Source: an uncultured Clostridium sp. (lineage in GTDB: Bacteria; Bacillota; Clostridia; TANB77; CAG-508). From it: a DNA stretch of 64,000 nt. The position numbers were made by a program, and so were the translations under genes. This document shows positions 9,607 through 19,647 of the stretch, one piece after another. Within the stretch, counting starts at the first letter, position 1. Every line of letters starts with the position of its first letter. The notes below the pieces were generated by a model that did not search any database, had not been told where the DNA came from, and worked only from the letters and a program-made list of their open reading frames with translations. Where the stretch lies: the NCBI GenBank assembly GCA_964389545.1, contig CAYMDN010000001.1:39592-103591 (forward strand), in the 5' to 3' direction.

Positions 9607-9832
9607 TTGCAATAGTATTTATTAAATTTCTTTAAAATCTTTTCTACTTTTTTCGACAAAAAATCTATTTCTCAAAACATATAAATTTCAAGAAATAGAT
9701 TCAATTACTATCTTTCAAATTTTCTATCTTTCTTCTTTTGTTTTTCCTTTGATTTTTCTTCAGTTTCTCTTATTTGTTCCTTCATACTAGGAACATTATC
9801 TGTTACTTCATCACACATTCTAATTTCCTTTT

Positions 9833-10120
9833 TTACTTTTTTAGTTCAGTTGTAACCGCAATTATTTGCTTTGTAATCTCATTTTTCTCTACTTCATTGT
9901 CTACTTTGCCTCTTTTATAATATAATCTATTTCTAGCATTTAATATATCTTGCTTTTCTCTTAACTTCTTTGTTTTCAGCTCATCTACATTATCTATTGT
10001 TTCTAATTTATACTTACACAAAAATCTTATTTGCTCTGAGTAATAATCCATTTTTTCAATAACTTTTCTCATCTCTGATGTTAACTTATATTGAACATTA
10101 TTTCTTTTATGCAATCCCAA
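9833..10120 (-). CDS. hypothetical protein (95 aa)
   Basis: ORF only. Confidence 0.3.
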   Translation of the reverse strand: MGLHKRNNVQYKLTSEMRKVIEKMDYYSEQIRFLCKYKLETIDNVDELKTKKLREKQDILNARNRLYYKRGKVDNEVEKNEITKQIIAVTTELKK

Positions 10121-10282
10121 TAAAAATCTATAGTAATAATATAAAGCAACTATTCCCTTAGGTTTGTATGCCTTTTAAAAAACACTTTTTCTTCCATAGA
10201 ATTTAAAGCAGTTCTTTTATATGGAATTATTTTCTGTTTTGGAATAAAATCATTTGCTATAATTCTTTGTCTAATATTTTCT

Positions 10283-10312
10283 GTCAATCGGGACGGGGTT
10301 ATTCGACATACA
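10283..10312. repeat. Copy A of a ~30-40 bp direct repeat GG(G/A)ACG(G/T)GGTTATT(C/T)GACATACAAAATTAT
   Basis: 27/30 identity with copy B at 11037-11066. Similarity extends ~6 bp to the left (TCAATNGG). Confidence 0.6.
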
Positions 10313-10396
10313 AAATTATAAATTCCTTCATTAAAGAGATTGGCAAGTAAGTTCTTTCTTAAATTATATAAAAAATAGACTGTCATTTCTGACAAT

Positions 10397-10945
10397 CTAT
10401 TTTTGCTTTTCGTTATACTCTTTTATTATTTTTCTAAGTTTATTATTAAAATAAACTCTCGCACCATCATATTCTTCTTTATCAGGCTGCTTATATGTTC
10501 TATCACAGTTAGGACAATATAGTACAGTTTTATAACCAGCATCTTTAGGTAATATATTTCCTTTACATTCTACACATATTGGCGTAACATCTTTAATTTC
10601 TATTTGATTCCCTATTCTATTATATCTCCATTCATACAATAATCCATTATACATATCACTCGAGTAATTTTTATACCAACTTTCATCTTTATTATCCACT
10701 TCAGTTATTTTTAAATAGATTATAAGAATTATATATAAAACAAATATTGCAATAATAATTCCCCATATTGGTATAGAAAAAGTTAGTACATTACCTATAA
10801 ATTCAAATATCTTTTTCCATATAATAGTAAAAGCATTTTTAAAATCAACATTTTCAATTTTTGATACAATAATAGGACATATTATATTAGCAAGAATAAA
10901 AATTACAACTGCAATAATTTTCTCTTTATATTTTTTTATTTTCAT
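10397..10945 (-). CDS. membrane protein with C-terminal Zn-ribbon (182 aa)
   Basis: Two or three predicted TM helices, then CVECKGN...CPNCDRTY. Flanked by direct repeats A and B. Confidence 0.45.
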   Translation of the reverse strand: MKIKKYKEKIIAVVIFILANIICPIIVSKIENVDFKNAFTIIWKKIFEFIGNVLTFSIPIWGIIIAIFVLYIILIIYLKITEVDNKDESWYKNYSSDMYNGLLYEWRYNRIGNQIEIKDVTPICVECKGNILPKDAGYKTVLYCPNCDRTYKQPDKEEYDGARVYFNNKLRKIIKEYNEKQK

Positions 10946-11036
10946 TTATAATCCTCCGCCAACGATACTAATATCATTATTATAGTATATAGTTCCTTAT
11001 TTCACAACAAATTCACACTTTTCAATAAATTTCAAT

Positions 11037-11066
11037 AGGAACGTGGTTATTTGACATACAAAATTA
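11037..11066. repeat. Copy B of the direct repeat
   Basis: See copy A. Confidence 0.6.
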
Positions 11067-11107
11067 TTATTACTTCTAATATTTAATGTCATTTCTACCC
11101 GTCTCTA

Positions 11108-11136
11108 TTGACAACAAGTTCTAGTATTTATACAAT
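11108..11136 (+). promoter_or_regulatory. Sigma-A-like promoter TTGACA-N17-TACAAT for the three-gene operon
   Basis: Read directly. Overlaps the ORF-track TTG start of gene 1, so the true gene-1 start is uncertain. Confidence 0.45.
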
Positions 11137-11512
11137 ACTATATATTACATTATTTCAATTTGTAGAAGAAAACAATTGTATAATAAAAAAATGTAAGAAT
11201 TGTGGGAAATACTTTATAACAGATAATCCTAGAGTTAATTACTGTGATAATTTATTTAAAGGAACTCAGACTTGTAAAGATATTGGCAATCAAATTGCTC
11301 AAAGAATCAAACAAGAAAATGATAAAGTTTATGGTAAATATCGTAAAATGTATTCTAAAAAAGCTATGTTAGTTAAACGTAACCCTCATATTGATATTTA
11401 CAAAAAAGATTATGAAAATTGGAAAAAGCAAGCTAAAAAATTTATGGATAATATAAGAAATGATAAGAAAACTTATGAAGAATTTGATAAATGGTTAGAT
11501 AAAAACAAATAG
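11108..11512 (+). CDS. small Zn-ribbon protein (operon gene 1; start codon uncertain)
   Basis: CKNCGKYF...NYCDN...TQTCKD, four Cys. No in-frame ATG downstream of the promoter until late in the ORF. Start may be non-canonical or the promoter call is wrong. Confidence 0.4.
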   Translation: MTTSSSIYTILYITLFQFVEENNCIIKKCKNCGKYFITDNPRVNYCDNLFKGTQTCKDIGNQIAQRIKQENDKVYGKYRKMYSKKAMLVKRNPHIDIYKKDYENWKKQAKKFMDNIRNDKKTYEEFDKWLDKNK

Positions 11513-11521
11513 GAGGAAATA

Positions 11522-12400
11522 TTGATGAAAAAAACAGAAAAACAAAATATAAACAATTCAAATATTAAAAATCCAGTATTTGAAGCAATTTTGGAATATA
11601 TAGATGACTTTAATGTAAAATTTTCAGAAACAAAAGAAACTTTTAAAAAGGCTCGCTTGTCTACATCTGATAGAAAAGAAAAATGTGTTAAAGATTTCTT
11701 TTTAAGCATTTTACCTAATGGCTATTCCATCAAAAGAGGTGAAATTTTTGATTACACGTCTATTAGTAATTCTATAGATTGTGTTATTTTAACTCCAAAT
11801 CATCCTTCTTTAAAAACTCCTATGCGACCTGAAATAATAGTTGCAGAAGGTGTGTATGCAGCTATTGAAGTAAAACCTAATATTTCTACGTTAACAAAAA
11901 GAAGTGAATTATACAGGGGGTTAAAGCAGTCTGATTCAGTAAAAAAGCTAAATAGAAATTTATCACTACCTAATGTAGATAAAATAGATCCTCAGGGTCT
12001 CTATAAAAAAATACCTTTTATAATGTTTTCAAACAAATCAAAAGATGTAGAAGAAACTTTGAATTTTATTATAGAATGTGTTAATAGTGGCGATTTAACT
12101 AAAGAAAATTTACCTGATGTAATTTTTTCCTTAAATGGTTGGCTATTATATCATACTTGCAATATTCGAACATCCTTATTTGAACCTACATTTAGGTTAA
12201 AAGGAATTTCCGATGAGTGCAACAACGCATTTATGTTACTTAATGGTGAAAGCCAATATTTAATATGTATTTTAATATTATTACTATTTAAATTTGCTAC
12301 TCCTAATACGGTTATTGATGATTTTATCATAAAAGATTACATATTAAAATTATATAATGAAAATAAAATTCCTTTTTCAAGGGCAATTTGGTATGAATGA
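11522..12400 (+). CDS. PD-(D/E)xK-like nuclease-fold protein (operon gene 2)
   Basis: 292 aa. IDCVILTPN ... EGVYAAIEVKPN resembles a D...E-x-K restriction-endonuclease-like core. RBS AGGAGGAAATATTGATG, 10 nt after gene 1. Confidence 0.5.
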   Translation: MMKKTEKQNINNSNIKNPVFEAILEYIDDFNVKFSETKETFKKARLSTSDRKEKCVKDFFLSILPNGYSIKRGEIFDYTSISNSIDCVILTPNHPSLKTPMRPEIIVAEGVYAAIEVKPNISTLTKRSELYRGLKQSDSVKKLNRNLSLPNVDKIDPQGLYKKIPFIMFSNKSKDVEETLNFIIECVNSGDLTKENLPDVIFSLNGWLLYHTCNIRTSLFEPTFRLKGISDECNNAFMLLNGESQYLICILILLLFKFATPNTVIDDFIIKDYILKLYNENKIPFSRAIWYE

Positions 12401-12427
12401 AAGTTTATAATAACATGGAGGTAAAAA

Positions 12428-14254
12428 ATGTCTATATTAAATTTAAGTGTACAGGGAATTAGAAGTTTTAAGGATTTAACATCACTAAACTTTGCAATAC
12501 CCGATGGAACCACTAATGGTAGTGGCTTGAATATGCTGGTTGGGCCAAATAATAGTGGAAAATCAAGTCTTATTGAAACATTATACTTAGCAAATAATAA
12601 TTTAGAAATGATTCCAAGTTCTATAAGAAATTCTCAATCAACTAATGGTGTAAAAATCGAATTAAACTTCAATAATGGAAATACTAAAAAATTAATAAGC
12701 ATGCAAAACAATCTTGCATTTATAAATAATATATATGTAGATAGCAAAGGAGAAAAAATTCTTGATAATAGGCCTTTTGCTTATATCCTTTCTTCAAAAA
12801 GAAATATCGGTATTAATTTATCAACTCATTCATCAAGTTGGGAAAACTTTTTATATAATAACGGTGGTCATAACTATAGACAAGAAAATTTATCTAATAA
12901 TATAGGTGGTAGATTCAAAAATATAATTGAATCTAATAAAGAAATCTATGATTATGAATTAAAAAAAATTTTAGGGTATTTACCAAACTGGTCTTTAGAT
13001 TCAATTGATGCAAATAATTTGTTTATTTCATTTAAAGAAGGAACTACACAGCATAACAACTCAGGATCAGGTGATGGATTTATTAACTTATTTGTAATTT
13101 TGACATCACTGTACGATGCTCCTCCAAATTCAACTATAGTAATAGATGAACCAGAACTTGCTTTGCATCCTGATGTTCAACAAAGATTAATGGAGCGCTT
13201 AATATTCCATTCAAAAAATAAACAGATAATTATAAGCACACATTCTCCATACTTCATAGACTTGAATCTATTAAATTATGGTGCAAAATTATTTAGGTTT
13301 TATAAAGAAAATGAAAATACAACTATATATACAATTAAACCTGAACATATTTCTAGTATAAATCATCTATTAAATACCATTGAGCAACCATATCTTCAAG
13401 ATATTAAAAGTAAAGAAATTTTTTTCCTTGACAAACTAATATTAGTTGAAGGACCAGATGATATATATGGTTATCAGTCTTTATTTAAAAAATTCAATTA
13501 TAAAACTTCTGGCAACTTTTATGGTTGGGGTGTTGGTGGTGCTGATAGAATTGAACATTTACTATCTATACTTCATGATTTACATTATAAAAAAATAGTT
13601 ATACTTCTAGATAATGATAAAACAGAATTAGGTACAAATTTATCTACTTTATATCCAGATTATAAAGTAATCGTTATTGACGCTAAAGATATTAGAGATA
13701 AGGAAGCACCTAATATAAAGGAAATAAAAAAGCTTATTTCTACAATGAAATGTAATATATCTAGCGAGCTAGGAAGTATTTTAGACTCATTTTTATCAAA
13801 TTATATTACAGAAAGTAAAGTAAAGGGCATTATTAAAGATAGAAAAACTATGTCTATAAACTCTGAATATGAAGATAATATTAAAAATGTCATTTTACAA
13901 GTTCAACAGTATTTCAATGATACTAGTATCAAAAGTGATGAAGAAATTTATAAATTAATTAATTCTACATCAAACGAAACAATAGCAAAGAAAATATTAG
14001 ACGATTTTATTACACAACATCCTGAAAAAACATCAAGATATATTGAAAGTAAATACTTAGATTTTAACTTTATATCTGGTGGAGGAGAATATGAATTAAT
14101 TAATTCAGAAAACAACGTATATTATTTTGAGATGTATCAGGAAGCTACCACTGAAGAGAATAAAACTGTAAATGTAAAAATTAATATTTCAATAGATATA
14201 GAGAATAAAAAAGTTTCAAATATTATTTATACAGAACTAAAAAACACTTTATAA
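12428..14254 (+). CDS. OLD-family endonuclease: N-terminal ABC ATPase + C-terminal Toprim
   Basis: Walker A LVGPNNSGKSSLIE, Walker B STIVIDEPELALHPD, H-loop ISTHSPYF. Toprim LILVEGPDDIYG and IVILLDNDK (E...DxD). RBS GGAGGTAAAAAATG. Confidence 0.8.
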   Translation: MSILNLSVQGIRSFKDLTSLNFAIPDGTTNGSGLNMLVGPNNSGKSSLIETLYLANNNLEMIPSSIRNSQSTNGVKIELNFNNGNTKKLISMQNNLAFINNIYVDSKGEKILDNRPFAYILSSKRNIGINLSTHSSSWENFLYNNGGHNYRQENLSNNIGGRFKNIIESNKEIYDYELKKILGYLPNWSLDSIDANNLFISFKEGTTQHNNSGSGDGFINLFVILTSLYDAPPNSTIVIDEPELALHPDVQQRLMERLIFHSKNKQIIISTHSPYFIDLNLLNYGAKLFRFYKENENTTIYTIKPEHISSINHLLNTIEQPYLQDIKSKEIFFLDKLILVEGPDDIYGYQSLFKKFNYKTSGNFYGWGVGGADRIEHLLSILHDLHYKKIVILLDNDKTELGTNLSTLYPDYKVIVIDAKDIRDKEAPNIKEIKKLISTMKCNISSELGSILDSFLSNYITESKVKGIIKDRKTMSINSEYEDNIKNVILQVQQYFNDTSIKSDEEIYKLINSTSNETIAKKILDDFITQHPEKTSRYIESKYLDFNFISGGGEYELINSENNVYYFEMYQEATTEENKTVNVKINISIDIENKKVSNIIYTELKNTL

Positions 14255-14462
14255 TTCATAATATACTCCCACACATATGTATGCCTGAAAAGAGTAAAAA
14301 AGGCAATGTTTGGGAGTATTAAAAACAGTAGAAAAAATGATAGTTATGGGTTAGTTTGTATCGCTGGATACTATTTTTACAAAATATCTATTATGAAAAT
14401 TAAAAACGTACTTGAAAATAAAACTCTTCTCTATTTATCTTGTAAATTTTTTTAAATTCACT

Positions 14463-15596
14463 TTACTCCTTCTCGCCCTCATACCCATATTCCGACCACC
14501 TAAGCAATCTAAAAAAAGCAAAAGTTAATTTCCTATCTTTTATGTTTATAATCTCTTTAATTTGCATCATTACATCCGATATATACTGTAAATTATCCTT
14601 CACATTTATTAAAATTTCCTCTTTAGTGTCAAAAACTTTATCTTGATGAATATAATGAAAATTATTTCTCAATTTTCTATTATTCTCACAATCTACATTC
14701 CTAAAAAGAAATAAAATTGTTTCTAACTCTTTCTTTATTGCTATATCCTGAGTACTATTAATATAACTTTGTATATTATCATAAGTTTCATCTAAAACAT
14801 ATGCCACCATTTTGCTAAAAAAATATATAATATAACTATTTTTAATCTCCTCATCATTTAAGTCAATCATATCTTTAAAAATTATATCTATCGTTGATAG
14901 TTGAGAATATGCAATCAAAAGTCTTTTAAGTAGTTTATCTTGTTTTATTTTAGATTTTCTTATCAAACTTACAAATGAATATGGTTGTTCTATAATTTTA
15001 GCTGGGGATGTCTCTATTTTCTTCAGAATATAATCATCATCCTCTAATCCTTCTTCTACTAGTTTATCATGTATTGTCCTAAAAAAACTCATAAGTACAT
15101 TTGTATATTGCTGATAGGTCACACCTTCTTCGAAATTATTTTGAGTTACATATTGTTCCCATATGTTCGTTCCTATAAATTTTTTATTCTTATCTTCCTT
15201 CATAAAATATAGTATAAAGTCTAGCATAGGCTTTTGTTCATCTATTGAAATTCCCATATTTTCAGTCATAATGATATCTCTATCATTAAAATTTTTTCTT
15301 TTAAATTGATGTACTGCATGTCTTAAATTTCTATTTATTTCAGAATAATCAGCCGTATCTATCTTCATATTTTCACATTTCATAATCTCATATACTATAA
15401 AGTTCATTATTACCGTTATTAGTGTAGTAGTATGCTGATTTAACCTTCTCTGCTTGTTCTCAAGCATATACTCATTATAGAAATCTAATATTTTGGTTAT
15501 TGAATATATATCTATAAACATTGCATTCCAACTATCAACAGTTTTATTGTCTATAAAACAATTGAATATATCTTCTATCTTCATTATTTTCTCCAC
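14463..15596 (-). CDS. hypothetical alpha-helical protein (377 aa), possibly Abi-like
   Basis: ORF only, no recognisable motif. Sits beside defense genes. Confidence 0.4.
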   Translation of the reverse strand: MEKIMKIEDIFNCFIDNKTVDSWNAMFIDIYSITKILDFYNEYMLENKQRRLNQHTTTLITVIMNFIVYEIMKCENMKIDTADYSEINRNLRHAVHQFKRKNFNDRDIIMTENMGISIDEQKPMLDFILYFMKEDKNKKFIGTNIWEQYVTQNNFEEGVTYQQYTNVLMSFFRTIHDKLVEEGLEDDDYILKKIETSPAKIIEQPYSFVSLIRKSKIKQDKLLKRLLIAYSQLSTIDIIFKDMIDLNDEEIKNSYIIYFFSKMVAYVLDETYDNIQSYINSTQDIAIKKELETILFLFRNVDCENNRKLRNNFHYIHQDKVFDTKEEILINVKDNLQYISDVMMQIKEIINIKDRKLTFAFFRLLRWSEYGYEGEKE

Positions 15597-15967
15597 AACC
15601 CATGTAAATTACAATACGCGTACACTGCTTCTACTTCATCACTTTCGCACAATGCAAATGTTGCTTTTGGTTCGTCTCCTGCTTTTAGTGTTTTTCTTTG
15701 ATTTCCAGTCTTTGTTTGAATTGAAATCCATTCTATATAATGTTCTTCTGTCATTGGATGTGCCACTTCTCCAACTGTTACAACAACATTGTTTCCTTCT
15801 TTAACATATACCGGTACATGCTTTTCTACAGCACCATCTGATTCTCCTGGAATTAATTCTTGCATTTCTTCTCCACAGCATTTTATTTTGCAGTTTTCAT
15901 CTCCACATTCTTTTACTAGTCCTACCATTGCTCCACATTTCTTACATTTTAAAAATTTTTGTTTCAT
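15584..15967 (-). CDS. dfx: Desulfoferrodoxin / superoxide reductase
   Basis: N-terminal desulforedoxin-like CKKCGAMV...CCGEEM, C-terminal HVPV...H...CNLHGLW. Start probably MKQKFLKCKKCG, not the longer ORF-track start. Confidence 0.8.
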   Translation of the reverse strand: MKQKFLKCKKCGAMVGLVKECGDENCKIKCCGEEMQELIPGESDGAVEKHVPVYVKEGNNVVVTVGEVAHPMTEEHYIEWISIQTKTGNQRKTLKAGDEPKATFALCESDEVEAVYAYCNLHGLWRK

Positions 15968-16009
15968 ATCTATTCTTCCTTTCATTATTAAATTTATGAA
16001 CATATTATA

Positions 16010-16454
16010 TCACCATCTTCTTAATATTTGAACTCTAATTTTTATATCTAAAAATTCCCCTACCCACGTTGGTGAGATTGACAAAGGTTCTACATAGCTC
16101 CACACACCAGAGTTTCGTGCAAGGTTTCTAAGAACAGCTCTTTGAGCATTTGTCCAACCTTGTGCAACATCAAAAGCAACTCCAGCATAGTGTTGCGATT
16201 GCAAACTATGTCCACCGCTCCCACGATCTTCTAAAAGCATACCCTACTGGAATAGGAGCACCATATAAATATCTTGTAGAATTCCAACTCTGCATTGTAC
16301 GTTTTGTTGTCCATAAGGTTTGGCTCTTGCTTGAACCTCTAAACTCACGTACTAATAACGTTCTATTTGTATTATATGGCATAGCTTCGCTCTCGCCTTT
16401 ATAATATGTCTCCATTCTATCTGTATCATTATTAAAAATTAGTATCTTAGCCAT
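16010..16454 (-). pseudogene. M15-family (VanY-like) D-Ala-D-Ala carboxypeptidase split into two overlapping frames
   Basis: C-terminal piece carries SQHYAGVAFDV (SxHxxGxAxD). The two ORFs overlap at 16206-16240. A +1 shift at the CGG codon (plus-strand ccg 16215-16217) joins ...SWE to GGHSLQ. Confidence 0.5.
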
Positions 16455-16605
16455 AAAAATCCTCCATATTATAGTGTATGAAAAAGATGTTTTTTTGATT
16501 ATTTTTAGTTTTAAGTCGCTTCAACTTTACTTTTTCAATTTTCAAGTCGTGTTTGCTTGACTTTTGTCAAAAAAAATTATATATTTAAATAAGAGGTGTT
16601 TTTCT

Positions 16606-17721
16606 TTGACTAATCAAGGTTTGTCTATAAAACTTAATTACATATTGAAGAGATTAAATATGAACAAACAGGAATTTTTGTTAGAATGCAGAAAAATTAA
16701 TCCAACTATTTCTAAGCCAACAATTCTAAATGTTATAAATGGCACTAACAAAGGATTTCCTACGTTAGAAACGATTGAAACTATTATGTCTGTTTGTAAA
16801 AGTTCTGATGACCCATTACTAAATAAAATTTCATACAATTACTTACTAGATGATTCCGTTAGTGAAGTTATTGACGAGAGTCAAACTCAAAATTTTAATA
16901 TTAATTTGGATGGTGAATCGCTTGAGATTTTAGAAAAATCGCCTTACGCTCATTCTCAAGTATTAAATTACTACATACAAAATTACAATATTGGCTTTTG
17001 GGATTACTCTCATTTTCTCTATGAAACCAGCAAAATTCAAAGTCAAATATCAGATATTATAGCTATATGCAACACCACTTCTAACATAAAAGATATTTCT
17101 AACTTATTTACAGATTTTAAAACTCAAGAACTTGCACAAATAAGAAAAAAATCTAGTAAAAAAGCCTATAAAACTTTTCTATTAGAAAAATTAAACTATG
17201 TAGAAATTTTTAATAATTCATTAGAAATCGAAGAACTCGAATCTAATTATTTAGAGATGTACCAATACTTTGCAACATATTTGAGTGATATCCTTTTTGA
17301 CTATATTTCTGGAAATGATTTTGAAAATGCAACATTTACTAACGAAGACTTAGAAAACTTCTTAGCTTATCTAAAATCAAATTATAAATATTCTCGTGCC
17401 ACATTTTTTAATAAAGTTGATGAAGGAATTAGACAAATTGACTGGTCTTTTAAATGGGTGTCTGTGTATTACAAAGACTTTCTTAAAGAAAACTTTAAAG
17501 ATCAATTGGAAGCTATTCAAGGCTTAATAAATTTTAGTGATATTATAAGTGCTTATAAAAAATTTCAAATTTGTTTGGATCAACAGGCATTTGATAAACT
17601 TACTAAGGCATTAGACAATATATCATCACTTTTATCTGTTTTAAATAAATATTGCCGATATGCTTTATCTGAATATAATACAGAAATATATAATAAAATG
17701 CTTACTATTAAAGATTTTTAA
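16606..17721 (+). CDS. HTH-domain protein (~370 aa), possible RNPP/Rgg-like regulator
   Basis: N-terminal LSIKLNYILKRLNMNKQEFL. Likely TTG start at 16606 after RBS AAGAGGTG. Upstream promoter TTGACT-N17-TATATT overlaps the palindrome TTGACTTTTGTCAA. Confidence 0.5.
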   Translation: MTNQGLSIKLNYILKRLNMNKQEFLLECRKINPTISKPTILNVINGTNKGFPTLETIETIMSVCKSSDDPLLNKISYNYLLDDSVSEVIDESQTQNFNINLDGESLEILEKSPYAHSQVLNYYIQNYNIGFWDYSHFLYETSKIQSQISDIIAICNTTSNIKDISNLFTDFKTQELAQIRKKSSKKAYKTFLLEKLNYVEIFNNSLEIEELESNYLEMYQYFATYLSDILFDYISGNDFENATFTNEDLENFLAYLKSNYKYSRATFFNKVDEGIRQIDWSFKWVSVYYKDFLKENFKDQLEAIQGLINFSDIISAYKKFQICLDQQAFDKLTKALDNISSLLSVLNKYCRYALSEYNTEIYNKMLTIKDF

Positions 17722-17771
17722 CAACAAAAAAACTTTCATAATTTCTTATGAAAGTTTTTATTTTTATTAAA

Positions 17772-18369
17772 CTATTTCATTTGAGATATTACAAATAAAT
17801 CTTCTGATGGGAATAATTCGTCTCCTAGCTCTCCATTATATGCAATCCAATAAGTATGTTCATCATCTGAATATATTTCAATCTTTTCAAATTTTGCAAA
17901 CTTAATTACTTGGTTCTCTGTATTTCCAAATCTATCTCTTGTTGTATCTGAAATTATGATTACCTCATTGTAAGTACTATCATATAGGATATCATATAAG
18001 CAAAGATCTCCTCTTATTGTGTTATATGCAGCTCTTATATACGAACTTTTTTTATCTTTATAGTTTTGCATAAATTCATCATATATCTCTTCGTTATATT
18101 TTGTTGTTCCTAAAATAAAACATTTATCATCTTGCGCTTTTAAAATGTCGTATCCTTTATCTAATTGTCTTATATCTGTTTTGCTTTTTACAAGTTCATT
18201 ATTATAAAACTGATCAATATTTGTTATTCTAATTTGTGGTTCTTGTGTATTGGTATCCTCTGGTTCTCCTGTTTTTCTTGCTAATATTATTGCAATACAT
18301 AATATTCCGTACGACCACTATAATTCCAATTATTTTAAACATTGATGTTTTTTGTTTTCCTTCCTCCAT
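17772..18369 (-). pseudogene. single-pass membrane protein gene broken by a +1 frameshift (or a 46-aa ORF overlapping a 99-aa ORF)
   Basis: Strong RBS GGAGAGGTG before MEEGKQKTSMFKIIGIIVVV. The reading frame continues in +1 as GILCIAIILARKTGEPEDT... down to the 17772-18071 ORF. The shift point is the CGG codon (plus ccg 18307-18309). Confidence 0.4.
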
Positions 18370-18523
18370 AAAAAACACCTCTCCATTTTTACTTATATAT
18401 TTCTTTTATATCACAAAATATTCATCTTGGCAAATGGTATTTTTTGAAAGTATTTATATTTGATTTAAAACAAAAAGTATGGTTTAATTATACAAGTATT
18501 AAATTGTTCGAAAGGAGCTTTTT

Positions 18524-19609
18524 ATGTGGGATGTATTTCAATATCTTTTTATTATTGTTTTCTTTGCACCCATTATTCTTATCGTTACTACAATAATTTT
18601 AGCATTGATTTTTAAAGATCAATCTTCTAAAATTATTGAAAAGTTTTTCTTAGTTGGATACTTCATTATAATGTTGCTAGTTTTTTCATTATTTGGAATT
18701 GCTGTTCCTGGATTATTTTTAAGTACCATTTTTGAAAACGGTTTTGGAATTGCTCTAGTAATTGCATTTATACTACTAATATGGTTCATAATAAGTTTTG
18801 TAATTAAACTTAAAAATAGGATAGTTCTTATAAAATACAATGAACCTGAAATTTATGTAAGAGATGTTGCCGTTGAATATAGTCCTGCTGTATTGTCTTA
18901 TCTAATTAATAATAAAATAGAAACAAATAAAGATTTGTCAGCAACCTTACTTGATTTATGTACTAAAAATGTTGTTTCTTTAGAACAAAGCAAAGATGAT
19001 AAAATTGAGGTAACTGACTTACAAAATAATTCTGCTATAGAACAGTTACAACCAGATGAATTTTATGCTTATAACATGTTCATTTCTGGAATTAATCATT
19101 CTAAAGTAACTGAATGGAAATTAATTGTTGAAAGAGAATACAAGAAGCACAAATTTTCTAAACCACACAAAGCAGATTTATCTTCTTATCTATATGGAAT
19201 ATATTTTGTATGCTTTGTTACAGTATTCATATCGATATGTTGTGGAATATCAATTGATGCTGATTTTCTTATGAAAGCTCTTTTAATTGGTTTCTTCTCG
19301 GTGTGGGAATCAGTTATTGCATTGAGTGTAAAATCAATGTTTACGAAAAATTTAAAACCAAGTTTTGTTGATTCTTATACTCGAAAAGGTGCTATTGAAT
19401 TAAATCGTTGGAAAAAATTTAAAAAGTTCATGGAAGACTACACTTTAGTAAAAGATAAGGATTATAATGATATTGTCATTTTAGGAAAATATCTTTCATA
19501 TTCTATAGCTCTTGGGATTAATAAAAATTGTGATTCAGAATTGTATAAAAAAATAGAAAAAGATTATTCTTTTAGCTTAGATAAATTTATTAATTATATT
19601 ACCGAATAA
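18524..19609 (+). CDS. membrane protein (361 aa)
   Basis: Three N-terminal TM helices, a soluble middle, then two more TM helices. Terminator hairpin at 19611-19644. Confidence 0.5.
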   Translation: MWDVFQYLFIIVFFAPIILIVTTIILALIFKDQSSKIIEKFFLVGYFIIMLLVFSLFGIAVPGLFLSTIFENGFGIALVIAFILLIWFIISFVIKLKNRIVLIKYNEPEIYVRDVAVEYSPAVLSYLINNKIETNKDLSATLLDLCTKNVVSLEQSKDDKIEVTDLQNNSAIEQLQPDEFYAYNMFISGINHSKVTEWKLIVEREYKKHKFSKPHKADLSSYLYGIYFVCFVTVFISICCGISIDADFLMKALLIGFFSVWESVIALSVKSMFTKNLKPSFVDSYTRKGAIELNRWKKFKKFMEDYTLVKDKDYNDIVILGKYLSYSIALGINKNCDSELYKKIEKDYSFSLDKFINYITE

Positions 19610-19647
19610 AAGAGAACACATTCATTTTTGAATGTGTTCTCTTGTTA

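Noticed and set aside
9722-9829. 36-aa ORF in the R-M leader
   Set aside because: It is short, lysine-rich and low-complexity. It could be a leader peptide but is unsupported.
10150-10395. 81-aa ORF
   Set aside because: It contains the direct repeat copy A and has no RBS. It is probably intergenic.
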